Source of the DNA: an uncultured Planctomycetaceae bacterium
GTDB lineage: Bacteria > Planctomycetota > Planctomycetia > Planctomycetales > Planctomycetaceae
Length of the DNA stretch: 64,000 bases
NCBI GenBank assembly: GCA_963813715.1
Contig: CAWFAK010000007.1
Span: 256,001 to 320,000 of the forward strand
Direction: 5' to 3'
The notes beneath the pieces are model-generated. The model did no database searches, was not told where the DNA came from, and saw only the letters and a program-made list of their open reading frames with translations. Positions within the stretch are counted from its first letter, which is position 1; the number at the start of each line of letters is the position of its first letter. This document shows, one piece after another, positions 11,661 to 23,819 of the stretch. The position numbers and the translations under genes were made by a program.

Positions 11661-11740
11661 CGGGTGGCACTGGCGGCTTGTCCGCCAGTGGGTTTTGTCA
11701 CGATAGAAGACACTGGCGGACAAGCCGCCAGTGCCACCCG
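11661..11740. repeat. REP-like inverted pair
   Basis: CGGGTGGCACTGGCGGCTTGTCCGCCAGTG (11661-11690) and its exact reverse complement (11711-11740); each arm is itself a hairpin. Confidence 0.85.
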
Positions 11741-11807
11741 ATTAGACAGAACGCGAGCGGTGCGCAGACGAAGCGGGAGGAAAGCTCGATGACGGCAGCG
11801 GGGCGAC

Positions 11808-12059
11808 TTAAAGTGAGAGCTTGCCCAGCCGGTGGCAGGTCCAGCGACGGACGAGGCAGACGACGCGCTCCAGCGTGTCGCGATCGAAGTATTCCAGCCG
11901 CTCTTTACCGGCAAATGGATAGTCGACGCTGCGAATGACCGCGATCAAATCGGCGGTCGACATCACGCGGCGGATCTCTTCGTCCGAGAGGACAGAGATG
12001 CTTTCCAGATCGAATTGGCGAACGGACGAGTCTTGCTCAACGAGCGTATTCATGGCCAT
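11808..12059 (-). CDS. Small hypothetical protein (83 aa)
   Basis: AGGAG RBS upstream of ATG; protein-like composition. Confidence 0.55.
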   Translation of the reverse strand: MAMNTLVEQDSSVRQFDLESISVLSDEEIRRVMSTADLIAVIRSVDYPFAGKERLEYFDRDTLERVVCLVRRWTCHRLGKLSL

Positions 12060-12455
12060 TCAGCGAACTCCTGGCCTGAAACCAGTCGCAAACGTCATGC
12101 CAACGCCTCCGGCAAGGGCGACAGCCGCCCCGCCGGTCCCCAAACCTCTGTACTTTCACTCGAATGTCGCGTTTGCGGCTCAAAAGCCAACTTGCTGACT
12201 CCGTATTTCCCGAATCTGCAGCCGCTGATTTGCTCGACTGGTAATCAGCCCTGTTCAAGACTCGGGCACGAGGAACTGGCTCGGAGCGAGCCGGGAAACG
12301 CGGATTCGCTTGAAAAAAAGGAAGGACGCGTCAATTATGGCCCCGCGACGCACAAGTTGGCAAGGACTTAGGCCCCGATCGAAATCCTCGCGCCCCAGCC
12401 GAAGTTCCCGCTGGTCGTGGCGGATTTCGCCGGACGACCTTATTCTCAGTGAATC

Positions 12456-12902
12456 ATGGACGTTGCGGGCCCCAACGACCAGGCTGCGTTTGGCGTTCCG
12501 CATGCCGCGGCGAGCGAAGAAGTCGCCGAGACGGCCAAGCCCCGGCAAACGCGTCCGCCCCGCCCGTATGTCGCCCCTCGCAACGCGCTCGAGCAATCCG
12601 TCGCCGACTTGTGGCAGGAGATCCTCAAGCTCGAGTCGATCAGCGTCGACGAACGCTTTCTCGACTTGGGGGGCGACTCGATCCTGGCGGGCCGGATCAC
12701 CGCCCGCTTGTGTGCGCTGTATTCGAGCGAGCTGCCCATGTCCGTGCTGTTCGCCACGCCGACGATCGCCGCCGTCGCGGAGATGATCGAGCAGAGAACC
12801 GCCGCCCCGCCGCACGACGACGAGATTGAAAAGCTCTTGGCAGACATTGAGGCTCTTTCGGACGCCGAGGCCGAGCGCCAACTGACCGAAGAAGCCGACT
12901 GA
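12456..12902 (+). CDS. Stand-alone phosphopantetheine carrier protein (PCP/ACP) with acidic C-terminal docking-like tail
   Basis: YVAPRNALEQSVADLWQEIL..FLDLGGDSIL..LFATPTIA; tail IEKLLADIEALSDAEAERQL. Confidence 0.85.
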   Translation: MDVAGPNDQAAFGVPHAAASEEVAETAKPRQTRPPRPYVAPRNALEQSVADLWQEILKLESISVDERFLDLGGDSILAGRITARLCALYSSELPMSVLFATPTIAAVAEMIEQRTAAPPHDDEIEKLLADIEALSDAEAERQLTEEAD

Positions 12903-12955
12903 CCTCACCCCCTCCGTTCCCCTCCTCCAATCGATCTCACGCCGTCCCAACGCCG

Positions 12956-15900
12956 ATGGAAATCCAAAACGAGCGGATCGCCCGTCTGTCTCCCGCGAAG
13001 CGAGCGCTGTTGGAAGCCCGCTTGCGGCAGTCGCGCACCGCTGCGCCGATCGGCGCGATTCCTCGTCGCAATCCCGACGAGCCGGCGGTCTGCTCGTTCG
13101 GTCAGCGGCGGCTCTGGTTCCTCGAGCAGTTGGAACAGGACCTGGCGGCCCACAACGTGGCTCACGACGTCCACATTCGCGGACCGCTCGAGGTCGAGTG
13201 CTTGCGACGCGCGCTCGAATCCATCATCCACCGCCACGAAGTGCTCCGCACGGTGATTCGGGCCGACGGAGGCGAGCCGGCTCCTTTTGTGCTGCCGCCC
13301 GCACGGTTCGAGCTGCCGATCCACGATCTGCGGCATCTCGACGGATCGTCTCGCGAAATCGAATCCGAGCAATTGGGCACGGCCGACCGGAACCGTCCGT
13401 TTCGTTTGGATCGAGACCCGATTCTCCGTGCGTCGCTGCACATCCTGGGCGACGAAGAATTCTTGCTGGCGATCACCATCCATCACATCGCATCGGACGG
13501 CTGGTCGGGAGCCATTCTCTCGCAAGAGCAGTGGGCGTTTTACGAGGCGTTCCGTTGCGGCGAGCCCCCCACACTGGAGCCGCTGCCGCTGCAGTACGCC
13601 GATTACGCCGCTTGGCAGCGCGAACGGCTGCAGGGAGAGCGACTCGAAAGTTTGCTCGGATTCTGGCGGACGCAGCTGCACGATCTCACCGTCCTGCAAT
13701 TGCCGACTGATCGTCCCCGGCCGACGCGGCCCACGTTTCGCGGGCAGCTCGTCGAGTTCGATGTGGCTCCCGAAGTCGTTAGCGGTCTCCGCATGCTGAG
13801 CGCCGAGGCCGACGCCACGCTCCACATGACGCTACTCACCGCGTTCGCCGCTCTGCTCGCCCGCTACTGCGGCCAGTCCGAGGTTCCGATCGGCGTGCCG
13901 TCCGCGGGGCGGATGCGCCCCGAGCTGGAGACGCTGATCGGTTACTTCGCGAACACGCTGGTCATCCGCGCCGACCTGTCCGGCAATCCGAGTTTCCTCG
14001 CAATGTTGGAGCGGGTGCGAACGACTTCGCTCGCGACCTATCAGCACGATGAACTGCCCTTCGAGCGGCTCGTCGAGGAGCTTGACCCCCAACGGTCGCT
14101 CGATCGCAACCCGCTCGTGCAAATCCTGTTTCAGCTGACCGATTTCGTCCGCCCCGAATCGCGCGTCGGCCCGCTCGTCTGCACGCACGACAGTCCGCGC
14201 CACCAGGCATCCCGCTTCGATCTGCAGCTCGCCGTGCGACCGGTGGGCGAAGGCCTGCGCGGGCAGCTGCTGTATGCGGACGATCTGTTCGACCCGCCGA
14301 CCGTCGACCGCTTGATTGGCCATTATCAAACACTGCTGCAGGGAATCGCCGCCAATCCGGACGCGCGGCTCGACGAGTTGCCGATCCTCACTGAAGTCGA
14401 GCGAAGCCAGTTGCTCGTCGAGTTCAACCAGACACAGCTCGACGTCCCCCGCGGTCCGGCAGGGCAGTCGCTCGGCGTCCACGAGCTCTTTGCCGCGCAG
14501 GCGGCCCGAACGCCCGACGCCCTCGCCGTGGACGACGGTCAGGTCAAACTCACCTACGCCGCTTTGAACTCGCACGCCGAACGGCTGGCCGCCCGCATGC
14601 GAGCGGCCGGCGTGGCAGTCGAGTCACGCGTGGGAGTCGTCGCCGAGCGGACACCGGAGATGGTCGCCGCTATCCTGGCGATCTGGAAGTCCGGTGGCGC
14701 GTATGTCCCTTTGGATCCCCGCTTGCCGCAGGAGCGACTCGATTTCCTGATCGACGACACGGGCGCCTCCCTCATCGTCGGCAGCCAACCGTTGCCCCTG
14801 TCTCGCTCGAATGTCACGTTTCTGGATTGGAGCGATGTCCGATCGGCTCCCGCTTCGGATAGCGACGCTTCGCTGAGTGACGACGGGAGTGCCGCGGGCG
14901 AACGACTCGCCTACATCCTGCACACGTCCGGCTCGACGGGCACTCCGAAAGGCGTCGGCGTCGTCCAGAGTGCCATCGTCAACATGCTCACGTCCGTCCG
15001 AGAGATCACGGGCTTCTGCGCGGCCGACCGCGTCCTGGGACTGACCACGTTGTCGTTCGATATTTCGGTCGTCGAGACGATGCTGCCGTTGATCACCGGC
15101 GGTGCGATTCGGCTGGTCAACCGGGACGACGCGCTCGACGGCCGTCGGCTGCGGGCGATCGTCGAGAGCGCACAGGTGACGTTCCTGCAGGCCACGCCGG
15201 CAACCTGGCGGATGCTCGTGCAGACGGGCTGGCGGGGATCGGCAGGGCTCAAAGCGATCACGGGCGGCGAATCGCTCAGCCGCGAGCTCGCCGACCAGTT
15301 GCTCGACCGCGTCGACACTCTCTGGAACATGTACGGCCCGACGGAAACGACCGTTTATTCCACTGCCGTCAAAATTGAACGCAACACGCCGATCACGATC
15401 GGGCGGCCGATCGGCAACACGCAGGCGTACATCCTCGACGGCTCACACAACCTGGTGCCGATCGGCATTCCGGGCGAGTTGTATCTGGGCGGGGCCGGAC
15501 TGGCCCGAGGGTATTGGAACCGCCCCGAGCTGACGGCCGAGCGGTTCGTCCGCAATCCGATTCAGCGACGAGCCTGCCGACCGACTCTACCGCACGGGCG
15601 ACGTCGTCCGTTGGCGACCCTACGGCGAGATCGAGCTGTTGGGCCGGGCCGATCAGCAGGTCAAGCTCCGCGGCTTTCGCATCGAGTTGGGAGAAGTCGA
15701 GTCGGTGCTCAGTCGGCATCCCACCGTCGCGCAGGCCGCGGCCAGGATCTGCGACGACGGCACGAACGATCCGCGGCTCGTCGCCTATTTCGTTCGCGCG
15801 ACAAGTGGGGCAAACGGCAGCGGTTTGGTCCTCGACGCGTCGGCCCTCCGCAGCTTTTTGAAGTCGAAGCTGCCCGACTACATGGTGCCTGCCCTACTCG

Positions 15901-17168
15901 TGGAGCTGCCGGCGCTGCCGCTGACCGGCAGTGGCAAGGTGGATCGCAAATCGCTGCCCGCCCCAACCACAGCCATAGCCACAGCGGCTCCCGCGGCCGA
16001 CCCGTCACCGATCACCGCCTCGACGCTGGACGACGTCGTCGAACGCGAGTTGGCGGCGATCTGGCGACGGCTGCTCCGCGTGCCGCTCGTCCGTCCCGAC
16101 GACAGCTTCTTCGACTTGGGTGGGCATTCGCTGTTGGCCGTGCAGATGCTGGCCCAGGCGGAAAAACTGTTCGGCAACGCGCCGCCCTTGCGAGCGATCT
16201 TCGAACGGCCGACCCTGGCCGAAGCGGCCGCCGCGATCCGCTCGCGGCAAACTCGCACGGCCGTTCCGACCATGCGGCTGCGGTATGAGCCGGCCGATCC
16301 ATCGCACGCACGGAAACCTCCACTGATCATTGCCCCTTCGTTGTTCGGTCACTCCAACGAGTGGGATCCGCTGCTCTCCGCGCAGCCCACCGATCGACCC
16401 ATTCACGGCCTGGAGGTCGACGGCGACGAACCTTATTGGAGCGACGCTCCCAGCCTCGACGAGATGGCCGATCGCTTCTGCGATTCGGTCTGTCTCGCGC
16501 TGCCGGAGGGGCCGTTTCATCTCGCTGGTTACTCGTTCGGCGCATGGCTGGCGTACGCGATGGCCTGCCGTTTTGCCGAGCTGGGCCGCACGCCCCTCTC
16601 GGTCATCCTGGTCGATTCGCAACTGTGGCGGCGCCCGCGCTCGTGGCGCGATCGAATCATGCGGGACGTCCCCTCGATGATTCGCAATGTTCCCCGCTGG
16701 TTGGCGAACAAACTCGACGCGGGATCGCTGCTGGGAGCCAGCGATCACGTCGCCCGACGTTGGACGTCCTCACAAAGCGGGCGAACGACTCGCATGCTGA
16801 TGACGGGCAGTCAAACGAACGGTCACACCAACAGCGAGATCGACGCGGCCATCACGCGCGCGTCGGGCGTCTTCGACCTCGACAAGTTGCCCGAGCTTTA
16901 TCGCCGCCGAATGATTCTGAGCTTTCGGGCCCAGGCCGCCTACGAGCCGCGACCATTCCGCGGCAGGCTCGCCTATTTGCAGTGCCAGGTTCGCCCGCTC
17001 GTTCACCGCAACCTGACCGATGGCGGCTGGCGGACGCTCGTGACCGGGCCCGTCGAAACGCATCGCATTCCCGGCTCGCACTCTTCCGCCGTCAACGGCC
17101 GCTTCGCTCCCGAGGTGGCGGCGGTGCTCTTTCGCGTGATGGATCAGGCCGAAGCGGCCGCGCGCTGA
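12956..17168 (+). CDS. Single-module NRPS C-A-T-TE, apparent frameshift near 15565
   Basis: C: SFGQRRLWFL, HHIASDGWS; A: YILHTSGSTGTPKG, SFDISV, NMYGPTE, GELYLGGAGLARGYW, GRADQQVKLRGFRIELGE, LTGSGKVDR; T: FFDLGGHSLL; TE: GYSFG. Confidence 0.92.
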
Positions 17169-17352
17169 ACCGTATGGCGCGCTGCAACGCCACTGGCAAT
17201 GGACCGGCCGGCCGCTCGCCAAGAACGCGATCCGAGGCTAGGATCCAAGGCGTCATTTCTGCGGGCCGAGCTCCTTTCTGCAAAACGAGCGGCTTCCGAT
17301 TCGGGGGCCTGAGCAACCCCAGACGTACGCCAGGGGCCACGAGGCAACCTCC

Positions 17353-18618
17353 ATGAGCAACGACTACGGATACTCCCCCCGCGGCGGCATCCGCTTGCTG
17401 CCGATTTTGATCGCCGTGGTGCTGATCGGCATTACTTTCGCCCGCGGCTGCCAGCAGGGGCCGTTCGGCCGCAAGCAGCTCGTTGGGATGGGACCGGAGC
17501 AGGAATCCAAGCTCGGCGCACAGGCCTACTCGCAGGTCCTCTCACAGTCGCACGTGAGCGCCGACGCGCGCACGACCGACGTCGTCCGCAAGCTGGCGGA
17601 GGACCTGGTGACCGCCTCGCGCGATCCCGAATTCGTGCGTCAGACCGGCCTCAAGCCGCCCGACTTCAAATGGGAGTGCAACGTTGTCGAGAGCAAGGAG
17701 GTGAACGCGTTCTGCCTGCCGGGGGGCAAGATCGTCGTTTACACCGGCATCTTGCCTGTCGCGCAAACGGAGAACGCGCTGGCGGCCGTGATGGGACATG
17801 AGATCGGCCACGCGCTGGCCCACCACGGAGCCGAGCGGATGGCTCAACAGCAAGTCGTGCAGATCGCTGAGGGGGCCGCCGCCGGCGCCTTCTCCGACAT
17901 GGACCCGCAGCGCCAGCAACAAGTGCTTGCCATGATGGGCATGGGCAGCAAGTTTGGCGTGCTCTTGCCCTTCAGCCGCAAACACGAATCCGAGGCCGAC
18001 CGCATCGGCCTCTTGTTGATGGCGGCGTCTGGCCGCGATCCGCATGCGGCGATCGATTTTTGGAAGCGGATGGCCCAGATGAATAAAGGTCAGCCGATGG
18101 AGTTCATGTCGACGCATCCGAGCCACGAGCGGCGGATCGCCGACCTCGAGGCGCACATGGACGAGGCGATGGCCTTGTACGATCGGGCCCCGAAGAAAAT
18201 CCCCGATCAGCCGTTGCCGGGAATCTCGACGGCGCAGCTCCCGTCCGACACGACCTCCGATCGCAATTCGCTCGTGCAGAGTCCGACCACCGCAAGAAGG
18301 CCGACCGAGAGTCCGACGCAACCGCGTTCGCGTCCCACGGTTCCCCGCAAAGTGCTGCAGGTGCTCGATTATGTCCTCGAGCACAATCAGGCTCCGGAGG
18401 GTTACGAGGGGGGCCGCGAGTTTCGCAACCTCGGCACGGGGGGCGACCAGTCGCTGCCCAACTTCGACAACAAGGCCAACACCATCCGCTATCGCGAGTG
18501 GGACGTGAATCCACACGTCGCCGGCAAGAACCGCGGTGCCGAACGACTGGTGACCGGATCGGACGGACGCGCCTATTACACGGCCGATCACTATCGAACC
18601 TTTTTGCGGATTCGCTGA
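17353..18618 (+). CDS. M48 (Oma1/LoiP-like) zinc metallopeptidase fused to a C-terminal barnase/RNase Sa-type ribonuclease
   Basis: N-terminal TM; VNAFCLPGGKI, GHEIGH (HExxH), ESEAD, STHP; P/T/S-rich linker; GYEGGREFRN, YREWDV, RGAERLVTGSDGRAYYTADHY. Confidence 0.85.
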   Translation: MSNDYGYSPRGGIRLLPILIAVVLIGITFARGCQQGPFGRKQLVGMGPEQESKLGAQAYSQVLSQSHVSADARTTDVVRKLAEDLVTASRDPEFVRQTGLKPPDFKWECNVVESKEVNAFCLPGGKIVVYTGILPVAQTENALAAVMGHEIGHALAHHGAERMAQQQVVQIAEGAAAGAFSDMDPQRQQQVLAMMGMGSKFGVLLPFSRKHESEADRIGLLLMAASGRDPHAAIDFWKRMAQMNKGQPMEFMSTHPSHERRIADLEAHMDEAMALYDRAPKKIPDQPLPGISTAQLPSDTTSDRNSLVQSPTTARRPTESPTQPRSRPTVPRKVLQVLDYVLEHNQAPEGYEGGREFRNLGTGGDQSLPNFDNKANTIRYREWDVNPHVAGKNRGAERLVTGSDGRAYYTADHYRTFLRIR

Positions 18619-18620
18619 CC

Positions 18621-19115
18621 ATGGACGTGCACTCTCTGTTTCGGGCGGCGCCCCCCTTCTTGCACCAGTGGGCCGCGCCGCTCCCGCAGGCGTACGAATT
18701 CGCCTGGTCGATCCAGCAGTCTCCGGGGCGTCTGGCCGTCGTGCGGGCCATTCGCGGAGCCAAGTCGCGCTCCGCCAGCGACTTGTTCGACGAGATCGGA
18801 GCGGCCCTGCAGCTGCCCGATTATTTCGGCGAGAATTGGAACGCCCTCTCCGAGTGCCTGACCGACCTCGAGTGGCTGCCGGGCGACGCCTACCTGCTCG
18901 TCGTCACCCAGAGCGAATTGCTGCTCGACCGGGAGCCGAACGAGTTGCCGACCCTGCTGAAGGTGTTGGAAGGCGCGTCCCACGACTGGGCGACGGCCGA
19001 AGATTCGCAAGAGAATGCGCGCCCCTTTCATGTCGTGTTTCAAGCGGAAGCTGCCAGCGCGGCCAAATTCGAGGCGAGGGTCCGGGCGACCGGACAAACG
19101 CTCGATCCGCTTTGA
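18621..19115 (+). CDS. Barstar-family RNase inhibitor
   Basis: LFDEIGAALQLPDYFGENWNALSECLTDLEWLP; ATG 2 nt after the RNase-fusion stop. Confidence 0.88.
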   Translation: MDVHSLFRAAPPFLHQWAAPLPQAYEFAWSIQQSPGRLAVVRAIRGAKSRSASDLFDEIGAALQLPDYFGENWNALSECLTDLEWLPGDAYLLVVTQSELLLDREPNELPTLLKVLEGASHDWATAEDSQENARPFHVVFQAEAASAAKFEARVRATGQTLDPL

Positions 19116-19166
19116 GATCCGGTGCCCCCCCGCCCAGCTTTGCCTCGAAACCCCGGCGGCCGGTAG

Positions 19167-19233
19167 CGTAGGGCAAGCTGCCAGCTTGCCCCTGTCTCAC
19201 GCTTAGTAATGGCAAGCTGGCAGCTTGCCTACG
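19167..19233. repeat. REP-like inverted pair (GTAG type)
   Basis: CGTAGGGCAAGCTGCCAGCTTGCC ... GGCAAGCTGGCAGCTTGCCTACG. Confidence 0.8.
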
Positions 19234-19357
19234 TGCGACCAGCGGATGCCCGTGGGGTAGGTGGCACGTTGCTCGGCGGAGAGCTACAAAAATGGTTGGA
19301 GGTGCCGCGCACGAGCGCTGGCTGCCTTCCTTTCGACAGGTGCTTGAGGGACAGGGC

Positions 19358-21690
19358 GTGGCCGGCGATCAATCTTCCAAGCCGAACAAGTCGCAGTCCG
19401 AGCCGATCTTCGCCGACGGCTCGGAATCGCCCAACGCGCAGACGCGGCTGACGGATTCCACCGACTCTCCGTCGGGCGCCGCCCGCAGCGCGACGCATCA
19501 AACGCCCCAATCCTGGATCGGCCGCGACATCGCCCGCTACAAGGTCATGGAATTGCTCGGCATGGGGGCGATGGGCGTGGTCTACCGCGGCTTCGACACG
19601 CTGATCGAGCGCGACGTCGCCATCAAGATCCTGCCCGCGGAACTCGCCGGCGACAAGTCGACGCGCGACCGCTTCCTGGCTGAAGCCAAGTCGGCCGGGC
19701 GACTGACGAATCCGCACGTGGTCGCTCTGCACGAAATCGGCCAGCAAGGGCAGACCGATTACATCGTGATGGAGCTGATGAACGGCGGCAACCTGGCGCA
19801 GATCATGCAGCGGTCCGGCGCTTTCTCGCCCGAGGAAGCCACGCGGATCGTGGCCGACGCGTGTCAGGGTCTGGCCGCCGCGCATGCCGCCGGCATGATC
19901 CACCGGGACATCAAGCCGAGCAACCTGCTGCGAAATGCCGAAGGGGCCGTGAAGCTCGCCGACTTCGGGCTGGCCAAGCGGACGATCGGCGCCGGCCAGC
20001 ATCTCACGCTGACGGGGCAAGTCGTCGGCACTCCCTATTACATGAGCCCCGAGCAGTGCCAGTCGAAGACGCTCGACGCCCGCAGCGATATCTATTCGCT
20101 CGGCGCGACGTATTACAGCCTGCTCACCGGCGTGACTCCCTATCACGACATCGAGAGCACCGTGCAGGTGATGTTCGCGCACGTTCACGGCGATCCGCTT
20201 GATCCGCGCAAGATCAATCCGGCCATCCCCGAAGCCTGCGCCGGGTTGTGGCCCGGGCGACGGCGAAAAAGCCGGACGACCGTTACCAGTCGGCCATGGA
20301 GATGTATGCCGATCTGTCGGCCGCGCACGTCGCCATCGGCGGCCGCCCCTTCAGCCTGCACGGCTCGGCAATTGGCAGCGCTTTGGCGTTTCAATCGGCG
20401 TCTCAAGTTCGTCGCGCCCGCAGACGCTGGCGGCTGCCCGTCGCGCTCGTGTTTGCAGCGGCCGTCGTGCTGCTCGGCGCGTGGGGCGCGTGGCTCGGCC
20501 TGCGCCCGCATGTTCCGATTGCCGGCACGCCGCCGCAGGGTGACGGCCAGCCGGCGGTGACGGCTCCGCTGGCGCAGGGCGTCACCGATTCGACGATTAC
20601 GTTCGGCTGCACGACCTCCTATTCGGGGACGAATCAGCAAGTCGGCCAGAACTTTGTGGCCGGTATCCGAACGGCGTTCGACTCGATCAACGACCAGGGG
20701 GGCATCAACGGCCGCAAGCTGAAGCTGATCGTCCTGGATGACGGCTACGAGCCCGATCGCGCCTTGGCCAATATGCGCGACTTGTACGAAAGGCGCAAGG
20801 TCTTCGCGATCGTGGGGAATGTCGGCACGTCCCCGGCCGAGAAAACCGCTCCCTACGCGATCGCCCACAAGCTGCTGTTATTCGCGCCTTGCACGGGCGC
20901 CGCTTTCTTGCGACCCGAACCTCCCGACCGCTACATCTTCAATTACCGGGCCAGCTACGCGGAGGAGACGGCGGCCCTCGTCGATTACTTCGTCAAGGTG
21001 CGACGGATCCCGGCCAATCGCATCGCCGTCTTTGCCCAGAACGACGCGTACGGGGAGGACGCCTTTCAAGGAGCGGCCCGCGCGATGCGGAAATTCGGCG
21101 TGCTCCCCGAACAGATCCTCCGTGCCGGCTACGAGCGCAACACAATACAGGTCCACGAAGCAGTCGACACAATCGTGAGTCACCGCACGAAGATCGACGC
21201 CATCGTCATGGCTCCCACCTACGGGGCGGCGGTCCTCTTCGTGAAGGGGCTCAAAGACCGGAACATGAACGTGGCGCTGGGCGCCCTCTCACTCGTCGGC
21301 GGCACCAGCCTCACGGGGCTGTTTCAGGCCACGGGCCCCCAATATGGAGAGGGGCTCATCGTTTCGCAGGTCGTCCCGCACTATCTGTCGGGGGCGACGG
21401 GCGTCATTCACTACCGGGAGTTGCTCCACAAGTATCATCCGGAAGTGGAGCCCGGCTTCCTCTCGCTCGAAGGCTTTATCGCCGCCCAGTGCCTGGCCGA
21501 AGGGCTCAAACGCGCCGGCCAAGAGCTGACGACTGAAAAACTGATCGACGCGCTGGAATCAATTCGCGACCTGGATCTGGGCATCGGCCCGATCATCAGC
21601 TTCGGCCCCTCACGTCACGAAGCCTCGAACAAAGTCTGGGGCACGGTTCTCGACCGCGAGCGGAACTTCCAGAATCTGGACCTCGAATAG
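19358..21690 (+). CDS. Hanks-type Ser/Thr kinase - TM - periplasmic LivJ-like substrate-binding domain, apparent frameshift near 20250
   Basis: LGMGAMGVVY, VAIK, HRDIKPSN, DFG, GTPYYMSPEQ; TM LPVALVFAAAVVLLGAW; GGINGRKLKL..DDGYEP, GNVGT, NYRASYAEE, QNDAYG. Confidence 0.85.
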
Positions 21691-21734
21691 GCGCTGCCGA
21701 GGCCGGCACCGGCGCGGTCGAACTCTCGGAACGT

Positions 21735-23631
21735 CTAGCGGCCCGCGAGCGACAGCCGGAACGCGACCATTTCCTCACCGTTACGGGCGAGTAGCACGTC
21801 GCCGGCCAGCACCGGGTGGTTCCAGGTCTTCCCTTCGATGGCCGGGACCTTGGCCAATTCCTTGAACTCGTCTGGGCTCGCCGAACGAGTGCGAGCCCCC
21901 CTTGCTCCGACAGCACCAAGAGCAATTGTTGTTCGGACAGCAGGATCAATTGGCCATGGCCGTAGCGGCCCCCCTTCCAGCTCCGCTTGCCGTCGGCCAG
22001 GTCGATCGAGGCGAGGAATCCGTTGTCGAAACCGTACGCATGCCCCGCGTGGATGACGAAGTCGTTGTAATAGGGCTTGAGCCCCTGCGAGGTCCAGCGG
22101 TCCTCGGTCGTCCAACCGGCCGGCCCGTGGGCAACCGCAACGCGGCGCACGCCGACGCCGCCGGCCATCCCGGATCCGCTGCCGATCAGCAAGTCGCCCT
22201 CCGCCGTGAGTGAGGGTTGCACGATGCCGTCGCTCTCCCAGTCGTACTTCCACAGCAGCGTGCCCGTTTTCGGGTCGACGCTGACCGCGCCGCGCTGTTG
22301 AGCAGCAAAACCTGCTTCACGCCACCGATGGTCACGAGCTGAGGCGAGCTGTAGCCGCCGCCCTCCCCTTTGGGGCCCAGCCAGCGCAATTTTCCGATGA
22401 CGAGGTCGTACGCGACGAGTCGGCCGGCCGTCGCCACGATCACGAGGTTGTCGACCACCAGCGGCGAGCCGGCAAAGCCCCACATCGGGAGCTTCGCGCC
22501 GGTGTCGGCCGCGGCGTTGTGCGACCAGGCGAACGCGCCGTCGCCCGCGTCGAGCGCGTTGACGAGGCCCGTGGCGCCGCAGGCGTAGACGCGATCGCCG
22601 TTCAGCGTCGGCGTGGCCCGCGGGCCGGCCCCGGCGTTCGACTCCCAGAATCGGGTGGGGTCGGCGTGTCTCCAGATCGGCTGGCCCGTGGTCACGTTGT
22701 AGCACGCGACGATTTCCTCTTCGCCTCGCTGCTCCTGCGTGTAGAGCAAGTCCCCGCGGACGGCGAACGACGACCATCCCGGCCCAACCAGCCGTCGCCA
22801 CAGCTGCACGGGAGGCGACTTCGACCAGTCGGTGGCGATCTTCACGCCCCGCACGATGCCGTCGCGCTCGGGACCGCGAAAGCCGGGCCAATTGGCGATC
22901 GCTTGCGGAGCGGCGGGTTGAGTGCTGGTCGTTTTGACTCCGGTCGATTTGGTGGCGGTCGTGCTCGCAACCGCGGTCGTCTTGTCGGTCGGCTTGGTGC
23001 CGCCCGCATTGTTCCGGGCGATTGCCGTGACAGCGCGTGGGGCCGGCGGGGCGAGCGCCGGCAGCGACGCCGGTTCGTTGCCCTCCATTTGCAAAAGCCG
23101 TTCTTCGGGAGTCGGCGTCCAGCGCCAATGCAGGTCGGAACGGCCGTCGCCGGAGATTCCGCCCGTGCGGACGAGCGTGAGCGCACCGCAGGCCAAGAGC
23201 AGCGTGACGACCATCGTGGGCCGTCTGATCCACCACGGGAAGGGGGATGTCGCCGCCGCCCAAAGCACCAAGGCCAGGCACAGCACAGGAATACAAAAAA
23301 TGGGCAGCATGAAGCCCATCATGCCGGTCGCGATCGACTTGTGAACGTAGAGTGACGCGGCAAACATCCCGCCGACCATCACCGCCAGCGCCCCGATCCG
23401 TTCCAGCCAGGCCGCCCGACTGAAAAACAGCCACCACACCACGACCGCCAAGCCGCCACCAAAGATTCCCCCCATGATCCCGAATAACGCGGCATCGGGA
23501 ATAAGCCGCGGGAGAAGCAGCCACGCGAACGACTGCAGCAGGACGATCACGACGCCGGGCCAAAGACGCAACGGCCTTGGCTCGGATCGCCCATCCTGGG
23601 CTCGCGGTTCGTCCACGGCAGAGGTCTTCAT
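21735..23631 (-). CDS. Membrane-anchored PQQ-like (BamB-type) beta-propeller protein, apparent frameshifts near 22290 and 21890
   Basis: N-terminal TMs; WPGFRGPERDG, GPGWSSF, GPRATPT, GFAGSPL, GYSSP, KTWNHPVL..RNGEEM. Confidence 0.82.
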
Positions 23632-23819
23632 CGGCCTGCCCTCCCCGAGTGCTTCAATCCCGAAAGCGTCCGCTTGAGTCGACGATTCGACGCCTGGACT
23701 CGACAATCTCCCTGCCGAACGACTCGCCTGCCCAGCGGGACCGTTTCCGTTCCTCGCGGAGCCTTGTTAGTCTCGACCCGGAATTCGTCGCTGGCCCGCA
23801 GTTATTCGCTACTGCCACC

